A DNA stretch of 64,000 nt from an uncultured Gammaproteobacteria bacterium (GCA_963843735.1 CAWJLN010000001.1:129023-193022); one strand, 5' to 3'. Shown: positions 1 to 10,273, counted from the stretch's first letter. The notes: generated by a model not told the origin, from the letters alone. Numbers and translations are program-made.

Positions 1-416
1 CCGCGGCGCACGTAGCGGAGCAGGTTGGCGGAATTGAGCGCGCCGAATTCGAGGCGGGTGCCGCCGGCTTCAAGCACGAACGCGGGCGGGGCAAGACCGA
101 CTCCGGCGAGCGAGAGCGCATGTACGGAGTAATGTCGCATCGTGGCCTCGTCGAGTCCGGCGAGCAATGCCGCGACCCGGTCCGCATCGGCCCGGGCGCG
201 GATGGGTTTCTGCATGCGCCAGCTGCTGTCGCCACGCACGAGGATGAGTGTGGGCTGCCCCTGTACCTTGACGACAAGGCGCGTGAGCGAGGCGGGTGCG
301 AGCGTGCTGAGCGGCGTCGCGGCGGGTGGGGGACGGTTCTGATGATGCCGGTAGAGCAGGACGAGTGCGGCGATGGCCGCGGCGAGCAGCGCGAGTGCGA
401 TCAGGCGCTTGCGCAT
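1..416 (-). CDS. partial CDS (3' end beyond window edge): membrane-anchored protein following the gldAFG-like ABC operon (DUF4340-like, tentative)
   Basis: Own minus-strand translation from ATG 416..414: MRKRLIALALLAAAIAALVLLYRHHQNRPPPAATPLSTLAPASLTRLVVKVQGQP..., open to position 1. The start overlaps the upstream stop (TGATG). It is absent from the ORF track because there is no stop in the window. The family name comes from remembered operon context only. Confidence 0.45.
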   Translation of the reverse strand, partial: MRKRLIALALLAAAIAALVLLYRHHQNRPPPAATPLSTLAPASLTRLVVKVQGQPTLILVRGDSSWRMQKPIRARADADRVAALLAGLDEATMRHYSVHALSLAGVGLAPPAFVLEAGGTRLEFGALNSANLLRYVRR

Positions 417-1767
417 CAGCGGCGGCGTCGGCGCAGCGCAAGCACGAGCGCCACGGCGAGAAAGACGAGCGGCAGAAATGCCAGAAAGCCGAAGCCGATT
501 CCGCCTTGTTCCGCACGCGAAAGGGCGAGCCTGCTATCGGGCGCCTGCGCGGAGGTGATGTCGAGGTAGCGATCCTCGTCCGTCAACCAGTTGAAGAGCC
601 TGAGCCCGAGATTGAGATTGCCGCCGTTGCCGAGAAAGCTGTTGGCAAGAAAGTTCGTATCGCCGATGACGACGACGCGCTGGGTGCCGTTGCCTCCTGC
701 GCGCGCGCGGGTCAGGGCGATTGCGATCGGAACGGGTCCGGGCACATCGGTGCCGGGGCGATACAGAACGCGACCCGCCTGCGGGCCGCCGATCATCAGC
801 CAGCTCGCCGGGAAGCGCGGGCTTTGCGCGAGCACATCCGGCTTCCAGCCGCCGGTGCCGGCGAGCTTGAAGCCGGTCGCGTCCGGGAACAGAGTGTTCA
901 GATCAAAGCCGCGGGTGATCGCCGACGCGCCGTAGTCGGAAATTACCAGTGCGGTCGGATGTTCGGCACTGAAGCCTTTGGAGGCGCCGGAGACGACCGT
1001 ACCGTCAAGCGTCTGGATGCCGAGTGCCTGTGCAAGCGGTGCGAGGCCGTGCAGCGACCCCGGATTGTGCAGCCAGAGGAGGTTGCCGCCGCCGGCCAGC
1101 CAGTGTTCGAGTGCGACGATTTCGCGCGGCAGGAGATCGAGTTGCGGGCCCGCGATCACCACCAGCGCAATCTTGCCGCCGAGTTCGGAATCGTCCGCAA
1201 GATTTCGCGTGGCGACCTGGAAGCCTTGACGCCGGAGAGTCGCACCGAAGTTGCCGAGATCGTAATTGCGTTTTCCGAGCGGATCCGCCTCGCCGTGCCC
1301 GGTGATGAAAACCACCTGTTTTTCGGCGCCGCGCGAGAGCCGCAGCAAGGCGTTGCTGATACCGGATTCGCTCACGTCGTCGAGTTTTTCGCCGCGCTTG
1401 CCGTAGCTCACATACAGCTCGCCGACGGTGGTGATGCCGAGTTTGCGCAGCTCCTCCAGGGCGGTATCGGGATTCACGAAGCGCAGGCGGATGCGGGAGT
1501 CAGCGCGGTGGTAGCGCTCGAGGAGTTCGTGTTCGGTTCGCGCGAGCGCCGTGTCCGGGCGCACGAAGGCGCTGATCGTGACGGGTTTGTCCAACTTTGC
1601 GAGCAGCTCTGCGTGGTGGCACTCAGGCTGTTCCGGTGCCCCTGGGTCCAATCCGCCTGCGTGCTCCAGGTCAGGGTCGCCCAGGCGGCAAAACCGGCGA
1701 GCGCAAACAGCGCAACGATGAGTGCAATGCTTTGCAGGCGCAACAGCAGACGCGAAGGAAATTTCAT
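416..1767 (-). pseudogene. GldG-family auxiliary component of an ABC-type transporter; frame broken once (apparent 1-nt indel near 1610-1622) or sequencing error
   Basis: The N-terminus MKFPSRLLLRLQSIALIVALFALAGFAAWATLTWSTQADWTQGHRNSLS (ATG 1767, ATGA overlap with the permease stop) lies in the frame of ORF 1474..2544. The remainder (AELLAKLDKPVTISAFVRPD...VVFITGHGE...C-terminal TM + RRRRR) lies in the frame of ORF 416..1804. The span is 1352 nt, which is not a multiple of 3. Confidence 0.65.
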
Positions 1768-2522
1768 CCGCCGAGACGCTCCGCGTCGAGCTTCCATACC
1801 GCAAGGCTGAGAAAGAGCGCGGTCATGATGAGGAAGTAGGCGAGATCGGCGGTATTCACCACGCCGCGGAAAAACGGGGCGAGATGCGGCTGGAAGGCGA
1901 GCCAGCCGAGTGCGTGGGCGCCGGTTCCGCCCGCGTGCGCGGCGAGATTGATAATCAGCAGCAGGATGAGGACGCAGAAGCCGCCGAGCGCGGCGAGCAG
2001 CGGCTGACTGGTGAGCGAGGACATGAACAGCGCCACTGCGCCGAAGGCGGCGGCAACAAGCGCGAGGCCGAGCGCGCCTGCGCCAAGGCGGCCGAGATCG
2101 AGCGCGGTGCCGAGCCGGAGCGTGAGCGGCATGGCGACGGCAAGCGCGACAATCAGCCACAGAAATGCGATGAGCGCGAGGTATTTGCCGGCGACGATGG
2201 CGGTGGTGGAAACGGGCGCCGAACGCAGCAGACGAATCGTACCGTCGCGCTTTTCCCCGGCGATCAGACGCATGGCGGCGAGCGGCGTGAGGATCACAAG
2301 CACGAGGCTCGCCCAGTACAGGGCGGGCGCGGCGACAAGAGCGGTCACGCCGGGCGCGTGCGCGGTGGGGGCCAGCTGCGGCGCGACTTCGATAAAGTTC
2401 TGCACGAAGGCAAGAAAGACCCAGGCGAGCACGAAGCTTGCGCCCGCGAGGATCAGCCAGGCGAGCGGCGAACCGAAGAGCGCTCTCAGTTCGCGTCCGG
2501 CAATCGCGAGCGCACCTCTCAT
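1764..2522 (-). CDS. ABC-2 type transporter permease (GldF-like)
   Basis: 252-aa ORF with several hydrophobic helices. Its start overlaps the ATPase stop by 4 nt and its stop overlaps the next start (ATGA), so the three genes form an operon. Confidence 0.75.
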   Translation of the reverse strand: MRGALAIAGRELRALFGSPLAWLILAGASFVLAWVFLAFVQNFIEVAPQLAPTAHAPGVTALVAAPALYWASLVLVILTPLAAMRLIAGEKRDGTIRLLRSAPVSTTAIVAGKYLALIAFLWLIVALAVAMPLTLRLGTALDLGRLGAGALGLALVAAAFGAVALFMSSLTSQPLLAALGGFCVLILLLIINLAAHAGGTGAHALGWLAFQPHLAPFFRGVVNTADLAYFLIMTALFLSLAVWKLDAERLGG

Positions 2523-3472
2523 GCCGCAGCCTTCCGATCACCACTCACGATGCGCATGAAAAGTTCTTCCAGCGAGGCGCGGTGCGGTGCCAGCGCAAGC
2601 AGTCCCCAACCTTCGGCGAGCGCGCTTTGCGCAAGCGTCTCGCGGGGGTCCGCGCCGGTTTCTGCGAGGATCAGAAAGACGCCATCGGCGAGCGACGTGA
2701 CGCCGGCGACGCCGGGCAGAGCCGAGAGCCGATCCGGCGTGGGCGGGCGCGCGAGTTCGAGGCGAAACTGCCTTGCATCGAAGGGCGCTTCGTCGAGTCG
2801 GGACTCGTGCACGATGCGGCCGTGATCGAGAATGGCGACATGGCTGGCGATTTCGCCCGCCTCGGCGAGCAGATGCGTCGAGACGATCAGCGCGGCGTCG
2901 TCCGCGAGCGCGCGGATCAGGCCGCGCATCTCGCGGATTTGCACCGGGTCCAGACCCACGGTGGGTTCGTCGAGCACGACGACCGTGGGCTTGTGGACGA
3001 TGGCCTGTGCGACGCCGACCCGTTGCCGATAGCCCTTGGATAGGTGTCCGAGCAAGCGCTTGCCTTCGGTGTCGAGACCGCAGCGTGCACGCGCTTCGAC
3101 GACGGCCGTGCCGCGTGCCGCGCGTGCCACGCCGCGCAGGCGCGCGCACCAGCCGAGATAGGCATTCACGCTCATTTCGGGATAGAGCGGCGGATGTTCG
3201 GGGAGATAGCCCAGTGCGCGCTTGGCCGCCCGGGGCGCGGCGAGAAGATCGTGGCCCGCAATCCGTACGCGCCCGGCGTGGGGCGCGAGATTGCCCGTCA
3301 GCATCGAAAGCGTGGTGGTCTTGCCCGCGCCGTTGGGGCCTAGCAGCGCCAGTACTTCGCCGCGGCGCACCCGCAAATTGACGCCGCGCACGGCCCAAAG
3401 CGCTCCATAGCGGCGCGCGAGGCCCTGCGCCTCGATGAGAACGTCTTCAGTCGGGATTGGGGTTTCTCTCAA
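2519..3472 (-). CDS. ABC transporter ATP-binding protein (GldA-like)
   Basis: Walker A GPNGAGKTT, ABC signature LSKGYRQR, Walker B VVVLDEPTVGLD in the 317-aa ORF. Confidence 0.9.
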   Translation of the reverse strand: MRETPIPTEDVLIEAQGLARRYGALWAVRGVNLRVRRGEVLALLGPNGAGKTTTLSMLTGNLAPHAGRVRIAGHDLLAAPRAAKRALGYLPEHPPLYPEMSVNAYLGWCARLRGVARAARGTAVVEARARCGLDTEGKRLLGHLSKGYRQRVGVAQAIVHKPTVVVLDEPTVGLDPVQIREMRGLIRALADDAALIVSTHLLAEAGEIASHVAILDHGRIVHESRLDEAPFDARQFRLELARPPTPDRLSALPGVAGVTSLADGVFLILAETGADPRETLAQSALAEGWGLLALAPHRASLEELFMRIVSGDRKAAA

Positions 3473-3541
3473 AATTTCCCTTTCAGGGGTTTAGAAGCAG
3501 TACACTAACCGGCGAAGCTGCAATTTTTCAATTGATATTTC

Positions 3542-4741
3542 ATGCTTGGATTCATTACGGATTTTATTGCCCGCGGCCTCTTGCCGCTGCCCTGGTGGGG
3601 CTACCTCGCCGTCGCGGTCGTCACGATTCATCTTACGGTGACCGGCGTCACCATCTATTATCACCGCGACCAGGCGCATCGTGCGCTCGATCTGCATCCG
3701 TTGCTGCGCCACTTCTTCCGTTTCTGGGTGTGGCTGACGACGGCCATGGTGTGCAGTCAGTGGGTCGCCGTGCATCGCAAGCATCACGCCTTTGTCGAGA
3801 GCGAGGAGGATCCGCACAGCCCGCAGATTCTCGGCCTCGGCTACATGCTCGGACACGGCGCGGAAGTCTATGCCCGTGCGACTCGCGATCCCGGCATAGT
3901 CGAAAAATATGCGCGTGGTACGCCCAATGACCGCTTGGAGCGTTTTTGCACCCGTTTCCCGCACATCGGCGTGATAGTTCTGATGTTTGTCGAATTGCTG
4001 CTCTTCGGCGCACCGGGGATCGCCATCTGGGGCGCGCAGATGCTTGCCATGCCGCTACTCGCCTCGGCGCTCGTGAACGGGGTCGGGCACCACAGCGGCT
4101 ATCGCAATTTCGAGCTGCCTGACGCCTCGGCCAACGTCATGCCGTTCGGCTTTCTTGCCGGCGGCGAAGAGTTGCACAACAACCACCATGCCTTCCCGAG
4201 TTCGGCCAAGTTCTCGGTGCGCTGGTTCGAATTCGATCTCGGCTGGTGCTACATTCGTGCGCTCGCCGCACTCGGTCTCGCCAGGGTGCGCCGCACCTAT
4301 CCGCGCCCGCAACTCGCGGAACGCCCCGCGCGCATTGATCTCGAAGCCGTGCGCGCCGTGGTGGCCAATCGCCTCCATGTTCTGCGCGCCTATCGTCGCG
4401 AGGTGCTGTTGCCGGTATTGCGTGAGGAACTGGTGCGGCGAGGGCGAAAGAAGCATTTCCGCCGCGATCGCCGCTTGCTGCTGCGCGACGCCAAGCTGCT
4501 CGATGCGGATGCGCTGAATCGGCGCGAGCGCCTCATCGGGCGCTTCCCGCGTCTTGCGGCGGTCTGGAGTTATCGCGAGGAATTGCGTGCGATCTGGGAA
4601 GAACGCACCTCATCCAACGAGCGCGTGATCGAGCGTCTGCGCGCCTGGTGCCAGGAGGCCGAAGAGAGCGGACTCGCCGGGCTTGCCGAATTCGCCACGC
4701 GCTTGAGGACCTACCGGAGCGCGCAGACCGCCCGGATATAA
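3542..4741 (+). CDS. membrane fatty-acid desaturase (delta-9 acyl-lipid/acyl-CoA type)
   Basis: Three histidine boxes (HRDQAH, HRKHH, HNNHH) with hydrophobic segments between them; 399 aa. Confidence 0.85.
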   Translation: MLGFITDFIARGLLPLPWWGYLAVAVVTIHLTVTGVTIYYHRDQAHRALDLHPLLRHFFRFWVWLTTAMVCSQWVAVHRKHHAFVESEEDPHSPQILGLGYMLGHGAEVYARATRDPGIVEKYARGTPNDRLERFCTRFPHIGVIVLMFVELLLFGAPGIAIWGAQMLAMPLLASALVNGVGHHSGYRNFELPDASANVMPFGFLAGGEELHNNHHAFPSSAKFSVRWFEFDLGWCYIRALAALGLARVRRTYPRPQLAERPARIDLEAVRAVVANRLHVLRAYRREVLLPVLREELVRRGRKKHFRRDRRLLLRDAKLLDADALNRRERLIGRFPRLAAVWSYREELRAIWEERTSSNERVIERLRAWCQEAEESGLAGLAEFATRLRTYRSAQTARI

Positions 4742-4750
4742 GAAAAATAC

Positions 4751-5425
4751 TCAGCTCTGACGCTTGCCCTTCTTCGGCGCCCAAGGCTTGAGCGCTTCGC
4801 TGATGCGTTTCGAGATCTCCGCAATTTCCCCTTCGGCCTCTATCGTGAGCAGCTTGTCCTGCTTGGCATAAAACTCCGCAACGGGCTGGGTATGCGCTTG
4901 ATATACCCGCAGACGGTTTTCGATGGTGGATTGCTTGTCGTCGCTGCGCTGCATGAGTTCGCTGCCGTCGAAATCGCACTGGCCGTCAATTTTCGGCGGT
5001 TTGGTGTAGAGGTTGTAAACGCGGCCGCACTGTGGGCAGGTGAGGCGGCCGGTGAGCCGTTGAAGCAGCACGTCGGGGTCTATCTCCAGCAGCAGGACGG
5101 CGTCGAGCGGCTGAGCGATGCTGCCCAGCAGTTTGTCCAGTGCTTCGGCCTGCGAGATATTGCGCGGAAAGCCGTCGAGGACGAAGCCCGTGCCGGTGTC
5201 GGGCTTGCGCAGACGCTCCTGGATGATCTTGAGCACCACCTCGTCGCTGACCAGGCGTCCCGCTTCCATGGCCTCCTTGGCGAGTCGGCCGAGTTCGCTG
5301 CCCGAGACCAGCGCGTCGCGCAGGAGATCGCCGGTGGAGACCTGAGGAATGCCGAAACGGTCCGTAAGGAGTTTGGCCTGTGTGCCCTTGCCGGAGCCGG
5401 GCGCGCCGAGTAGCACTATGCGCAT
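4751..5425 (-). CDS. adk: adenylate kinase
   Basis: Internal Met of ORF 4751..5578 gives MRIVLLGAPGSGKGTQAKLL (P-loop) and a LID segment CPQCGRVYN...DGQCDFDG. ATG confirmed at 5425..5423. Confidence 0.95.
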   Translation of the reverse strand: MRIVLLGAPGSGKGTQAKLLTDRFGIPQVSTGDLLRDALVSGSELGRLAKEAMEAGRLVSDEVVLKIIQERLRKPDTGTGFVLDGFPRNISQAEALDKLLGSIAQPLDAVLLLEIDPDVLLQRLTGRLTCPQCGRVYNLYTKPPKIDGQCDFDGSELMQRSDDKQSTIENRLRVYQAHTQPVAEFYAKQDKLLTIEAEGEIAEISKRISEALKPWAPKKGKRQS

Positions 5426-5549
5426 GATGAAATGTATTCCTGTAAAGGGATGGAAAAGGCGGCGCGAGCAGCAAAGGTAGCCGACGACAGGCCCCGCGTC
5501 AATACGGGGGAGGCCGGATTTCCGTCTATGGCAGAATGCAGGCATTCTT

Positions 5550-6827
5550 GTGCCGGCCGTATCCGTGAGTAAACGCAACGCTTTTTATGCGCAATCGGGT
5601 GGCGTGACGGCGGTTATCAATGCCACCGCGTCCGCCGTTATCGAGGCCGCGCGCGCGCACAGCGGTGCGATCGGCAGGCTTTACGCCGGGCGCAACGGCA
5701 TCCTCGGCGCTCTGCGCGAGGAACTCATCGATACCGGCAAGGAAAGCCGGAGCGCGATTGCGGCGCTGCGCCACACGCCCGGTGGCGCGTTCGGTTCCTG
5801 CCGCTACAAGCTCGGTAGCCTGGAGAAGTCCCATCGCGAATACGAAAGGCTGATCGAGGTGTTCCGCGCGCACGATATCGGCTATTTCTTCTACAACGGC
5901 GGCAACGACTCGGCCGATACCGCGTGGAAGGTTTCGCAGCTCGGCCGCGAGATGGACTATCCGCTCGCCTGCATCGGCATTCCGAAGACGGTGGACAACG
6001 ATCTCGCGGTGACCGACTGCTCGCCCGGCTTCGGCTCGGTGGCGAAGTACGTGGCCGTGTCCACCCGCGAGGCCGCGCTCGACGTGGCTTCGATGGCGGA
6101 AACCTCGACGAAGGTGTTCATTCTCGAAGTCATGGGTCGGCATGCCGGCTGGATCGCGGCCGCCGCAGGGCTTGCGGGAGCGGGCCGGGGAGAGGCGCCG
6201 CATCTCATCCTCTTTCCCGAGCGGCCCTTCGATCAGGCCGATTTTCTGAAAAACGTGGACGTCTGCGTGAAGCGCCACGGCTACTGCGTGGTGGTGGCCT
6301 CGGAGGGCGTGCGTGACGCCGCGGGCCGATTTCTTTCCGAGGCGGGCACGCGTGATGCCTTCGGCCACGCCCAGCTCGGCGGACTTGCGCCGCGTCTCGC
6401 GGCCATGATCCAGGAGGCCTTGGGCCATAAATACCATTGGGCGGTGGCGGATTATCTGCAACGCTCGGCGCGGCATATCGCTTCGCAGACCGATCTCGAT
6501 CAGGCGCTTGCGGTGGGCCGTGCGGCGGTGGAATTCGCCGTGGCGGGGGAGAATGCCGTGATGCCGGTGATCGAGCGGACTTCCGACAGCCCCTATCGCT
6601 GGCGAATCGGCAAGGCGCCGCTTGCGCGCATCGCCAATCATGAAAAGAAACTCCCGGCTTCGTTCATACGTGCCGACGGTTACGGGATCACGGCCCGGGC
6701 CCGGCGCTATCTTGCGCCGCTGATCGCGGGCGAGGCCTGGCCGCCGTTCGAGCGCGGGCTGCCACGCTATGTGGCCCTCAGGCTCGAACTTGCCCCGCGA
6801 AAGCTGCCGGCGTGGCGGGCGGGCTAA
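5550..6827 (+). CDS. 6-phosphofructokinase, PfkA family (Lys in PKTVDND suggests a PPi-dependent subtype; not proven)
   Basis: Motifs [16 protein letters not shown] and MGRHAGW; 425-aa ORF divergent from adk. Confidence 0.8.
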   Translation: MPAVSVSKRNAFYAQSGGVTAVINATASAVIEAARAHSGAIGRLYAGRNGILGALREELIDTGKESRSAIAALRHTPGGAFGSCRYKLGSLEKSHREYERLIEVFRAHDIGYFFYNGGNDSADTAWKVSQLGREMDYPLACIGIPKTVDNDLAVTDCSPGFGSVAKYVAVSTREAALDVASMAETSTKVFILEVMGRHAGWIAAAAGLAGAGRGEAPHLILFPERPFDQADFLKNVDVCVKRHGYCVVVASEGVRDAAGRFLSEAGTRDAFGHAQLGGLAPRLAAMIQEALGHKYHWAVADYLQRSARHIASQTDLDQALAVGRAAVEFAVAGENAVMPVIERTSDSPYRWRIGKAPLARIANHEKKLPASFIRADGYGITARARRYLAPLIAGEAWPPFERGLPRYVALRLELAPRKLPAWRAG

Positions 6828-6918
6828 AGCCCACGCGAAGTCGTATCTTGCGCCAAAGGTGGTGCTCCGGCTAAACTATGCGGTTCCAGGTGATGCCAAG
6901 AAAACTACGGAGACGGAG

Positions 6919-7155
6919 ATGGCCAGAGTCTGCCAGGTGACCGGCAAACGACCGCTCAGCGGCAACAACGTATCGCATGCGCACAACAAGACGCGCCGGC
7001 GGTGGCTGCCCAATCTTCAGTCGCGCCGCTTTTGGCTGCCGACGGAAAAGCGCTACGTGCGCCTGCGCGTCTCGGGCCACGGCCTGCGCATCATAGACAA
7101 GAAGGGCATTGAGGTCGTGGTGGCGCAACTTCGCGCCGACGGCGTCAAGGTTTGA
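6919..7155 (+). CDS. rpmB: 50S ribosomal protein L28
   Basis: [34 protein letters not shown]..., from the internal Met of ORF 6769..7155. Confidence 0.95.
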   Translation: MARVCQVTGKRPLSGNNVSHAHNKTRRRWLPNLQSRRFWLPTEKRYVRLRVSGHGLRIIDKKGIEVVVAQLRADGVKV

Positions 7156-7166
7156 GGAACTGAGTC

Positions 7167-7337
7167 ATGGCGAAGAACACCGCACGCGAGAAAATCCGCC
7201 TGGTTTCCAGTGCGGGGACCGGGCATTTCTATACGACCAGCAAGAACAAGCGCAATCAGCCCGAGAAGATGGAAATCAACAAGTTCGATCCGCGCATCCG
7301 CAAGTACGTGCCCTACAAGGAAGCCAAGATCAAGTAG
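7167..7337 (+). CDS. rpmG: 50S ribosomal protein L33
   Basis: Own translation: [56 protein letters not shown]. At 56 aa it falls below the ORF-track cutoff. It starts 11 nt after the rpmB stop. Confidence 0.95.
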   Translation: MAKNTAREKIRLVSSAGTGHFYTTSKNKRNQPEKMEINKFDPRIRKYVPYKEAKIK

Positions 7338-7510
7338 CCGCCCGCGGAGGCGGTGGCGGCAAAGCCGCCGTCCTGTTTCCGGTTTCGTGGAATTTCAAGC
7401 GAATAAATTGATACGCGGGTTTTAAACCCCGTGGATGGCGCCGCGCGGGGGCGCGTCCCCGCGTTCTCAAGCGCTTGTTTGCAGCGTGCCGGCGAATGAA
7501 GACTTTTGTT

Positions 7511-8611
7511 TTATGCAGTCCTGTCGCGGATAAAGTCCTCGACCATGCGCCAGGCTTCGTCGTCACCAAACTGACGCGGTGGATGCTTGCAGAACCAGGC
7601 GCTGGGCGCCTCCAGCGCGCCGCCTTCTCCGCGCGCGAGCGCAAGCTTGGCGCAGCGGATCGCATCAATCGCCACGCCCGCCGAGTTGGGCGAATCCTCC
7701 ACCGAAAGCCTGAGTTCGAGATTCATCGGTACGTCGCCGAAAAGCCGTCCCTCCATGCGGATGAAGGCGATCTTGTTGTCTTTCTGCCAGGGCACGTAGT
7801 CGCTCGGACCGATGTGAATGTCGTCGTCGGCAAGGCGTTCGCCGGCCACGGCCTGCACGGCCTCGGTCTTGGAAGTCTTCTTGGAGGCGAGGCGCGTGCG
7901 GTTCAGCATGTTCAGGAAATCGGTATTGCCGCCGGTGTTGAGCTGATAGGTGCGATCGAGCTTCACGCCGCGTTTGTGGAAGAGATCGGCAAGCAGACGA
8001 TGCGTGATCGTCGCGCCCACCTGCGACTTGATGTCGTCGCCGATGATCGGCAGGCGCGCTTCGGCGAAGCGCCGGGCCCAGTCGGGATCGCTTGCGATGA
8101 AGACGGGAATGTTGTTGATGAAGCCGCAGCCGGCTTCGAGCGCGCATTCGGCGTAAAAATGTGTGGCCTGCTCCGAGCCGACGGGGAGATAGTTCACCAG
8201 TATTTCGGTGCCCGATTCGACAAGTGCGCGAATGACCTCGGCCTGATCGGGCTGCGCGAGTTCGGCCGGTTCGAAGCGCTGATGCGCGGGATAGTCGGCA
8301 AGATGTTCGGAAACGCCGTCGAGCACGGCGCCCATCGAGACCGCGACATCCATGCGTGGCAGATCGCGGCAGAATGTTCGGGTGCAATTGGGCGGCGCGA
8401 AAACGGCCTCGGACAAATCCCGTCCTACCTTGCGGGCGTCTATATCGAAGGCCGCCACTACCCGCAGGTCCGCGGGCGTGTAGCCGCCCAGTTCGTAATG
8501 CATGAGCCCGATTGCAGTATCCGGTGCTCGATTCCGGTAGTAATGGATGCCCTGGATCAGCGCGCTTGCACAATTGCCGACGCCGATCACGGCAATCCGG
8601 ATTTCCGCCAT
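7511..8611 (-). CDS. ino1: myo-inositol-1-phosphate synthase (inositol-3-phosphate synthase)
   Basis: MAEIRIAVIGVGNCASALIQG..., LPVGSEQATHFYAECALEAG, PIIGDDIKSQVGATITHR, NTGGNTDFLNML and SPNSAGVAIDAIRCAKLA closely follow the actinobacterial Ino1 pattern. An AGGAGA sits 8 nt upstream of ATG 8611. Confidence 0.85.
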   Translation of the reverse strand: MAEIRIAVIGVGNCASALIQGIHYYRNRAPDTAIGLMHYELGGYTPADLRVVAAFDIDARKVGRDLSEAVFAPPNCTRTFCRDLPRMDVAVSMGAVLDGVSEHLADYPAHQRFEPAELAQPDQAEVIRALVESGTEILVNYLPVGSEQATHFYAECALEAGCGFINNIPVFIASDPDWARRFAEARLPIIGDDIKSQVGATITHRLLADLFHKRGVKLDRTYQLNTGGNTDFLNMLNRTRLASKKTSKTEAVQAVAGERLADDDIHIGPSDYVPWQKDNKIAFIRMEGRLFGDVPMNLELRLSVEDSPNSAGVAIDAIRCAKLALARGEGGALEAPSAWFCKHPPRQFGDDEAWRMVEDFIRDRTA

Positions 8612-8706
8612 ACGAAAGGTCTCCTGAACGCTTTTGGAAGTGTTTTGAGCCGGCAAAACCTGCTGGTACGATAGCATAGAGGTCCCAGGTCACAAGGGCT
8701 GAAGCC

Positions 8707-9405
8707 ATGGATGATTGGGCGGGGATGGATGCACGGATTCTCGGTTGGCGCGAACGCGCCCGGCGCGGTGTCGCCGATGCGGCCGCGCCGCTCGTCAACC
8801 GCATGGCGCAGGCGGGAATTACGGCCGACCAACTGAGCTGGGCGGGATTTGCGTTCGCCGTGCTGGCCGCACTCTTTGCCGGTTTCAGGGTGTTTATCGC
8901 CGCGGGAATCATTTATCTGCTCGCCGGCCTTTGCGATCTTCTGGACGGCGCACTCGCCCGCCGCGCGGCAAATCCGAATGCCGGCGGCGCCTTTCTGGAT
9001 TCGATGCTGGATCGGGCCGGCGAGACCGCCATACACGCCGGCGCCGCGGTTGCCTTCGCCTGGTGGGGCTGGTGGGTCGGCGTGCTCGCGGTGGTGCTTT
9101 CGCTTTCCGGCTCCTATCTGACCAGTTACGCCCGCGCCCGCGCCGAGGGTCTGGGCGTTACGCTTCAAGAAGTCTGGTTCGGACGCGGCGAGCGGTTGAT
9201 CCTGCTTTCGCTGGGCCTGATTTTCCATTTCGCGCTGATCGCCTTCTGGATCCTCGCGGTGTTCGGTTGGGCGAGCGCGGCACATCGTTCCTTGCTCGCC
9301 CGTCGCCGTCTTGAAGCGGCGCCCGGTGAGACGAGTCAGGAGGAAGTTTCTGTACCGCCGGAAGCGTCGGCGGTGGATTCCGACGCCGATTCCGATTCCG
9401 TCTGA
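8707..9405 (+). CDS. CDP-alcohol phosphatidyltransferase family protein (candidate phosphatidylinositol-phosphate synthase)
   Basis: The complete motif DG-x2-AR-x8-G-x3-D-x3-D is present as DLLDGALARRAANPNAGGAFLDSMLD. The protein is multi-TM and 232 aa, and lies divergent from ino1. Confidence 0.8.
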   Translation: MDDWAGMDARILGWRERARRGVADAAAPLVNRMAQAGITADQLSWAGFAFAVLAALFAGFRVFIAAGIIYLLAGLCDLLDGALARRAANPNAGGAFLDSMLDRAGETAIHAGAAVAFAWWGWWVGVLAVVLSLSGSYLTSYARARAEGLGVTLQEVWFGRGERLILLSLGLIFHFALIAFWILAVFGWASAAHRSLLARRRLEAAPGETSQEEVSVPPEASAVDSDADSDSV

Positions 9406-10271
9406 GGCTCCACGGTTTCGATCAGTTCGATCAGTTGCTGCCCATAGCGACGCCTTGCGGCGGGCGTGAGCGGACCGATTCGCCCCAGTTCCGCAAGGTT
9501 TCGCGGCGCCTGCCGCGCGAGTGCAAGCAGGACCTCGTCGCGCAGAATCCATTGCCGGGGACGATCCTCGTCCATGGCCTGCCGCTCCCGCCAGGCGCCC
9601 AGCGATTTGAGGCGGGCGAGTGCGTCGCCGTTCATTCGGCGCGCGGCGCGTATTCGCCGCCAGACATTGTCCGGATCGGGGCGGTAGCGCACCGGGTCGG
9701 CAGCCTTGCGCATGGCTTCGGCAAAGGCGGCTTCCTTTTTCGAAGCGACGAGTTGCGCAGCGAGTTGCTCATGCAGTTCGCCGAGGTAGGCCACGTCGTC
9801 CGCGGCATAGTCGAGCGCGTCCGGCGCAAGCGGCCGGCGCAGCCAGTCGTAGCGGCCGAGCGAGGCGCGCGGCGCGGCGTTCAGCAACGCTTCCACCAAC
9901 GTGGCATGGCCGATCTGGGCCGCGAGACCGACCGCTTCCGCCGCCGTCTGCGTGTCGAAGAGCGGCGCGGGTACGCGGTCGAAAAGACACAGGAGCAGTT
10001 CCATATCCTGATGCGCCGCATGCAGGATTTTCGTCGCCGGAGTCTCAAACAGCAGTGGTGCAAGCGTTGCGAGATTGTCGAGCCGAACGGGGTCCACGAG
10101 GGCGATCCGCGACGGCGTCGCTATCTGGATCAGGCCCGCGCGCGGGAAGTAGTGGCGGTCGCGCACGAACTCGGTGTCGAGTCCCAGCCAGGGCGCGCCG
10201 AGCGAATCCGCGACGAATGCCCGCAAGGCATCGGCGGTGTCAATTAATTGCACATCCAACATCGTTGGCAT
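9336..10271 (-). CDS. rnd: ribonuclease D (3'-5' exonuclease + HRDC)
   Basis: WLGLDTEF..., ILHAAHQDMELL and ALDYAADDVAYL (DEDDy exonuclease motifs). The start is uncertain: ATG 10271 or 10262, or GTG 10298 inside the adjacent repeat. Confidence 0.8.
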   Translation of the reverse strand: MPTMLDVQLIDTADALRAFVADSLGAPWLGLDTEFVRDRHYFPRAGLIQIATPSRIALVDPVRLDNLATLAPLLFETPATKILHAAHQDMELLLCLFDRVPAPLFDTQTAAEAVGLAAQIGHATLVEALLNAAPRASLGRYDWLRRPLAPDALDYAADDVAYLGELHEQLAAQLVASKKEAAFAEAMRKAADPVRYRPDPDNVWRRIRAARRMNGDALARLKSLGAWRERQAMDEDRPRQWILRDEVLLALARQAPRNLAELGRIGPLTPAARRRYGQQLIELIETVEPQTESESASESTADASGGTETSS

Positions 10272-10273
10272 GA

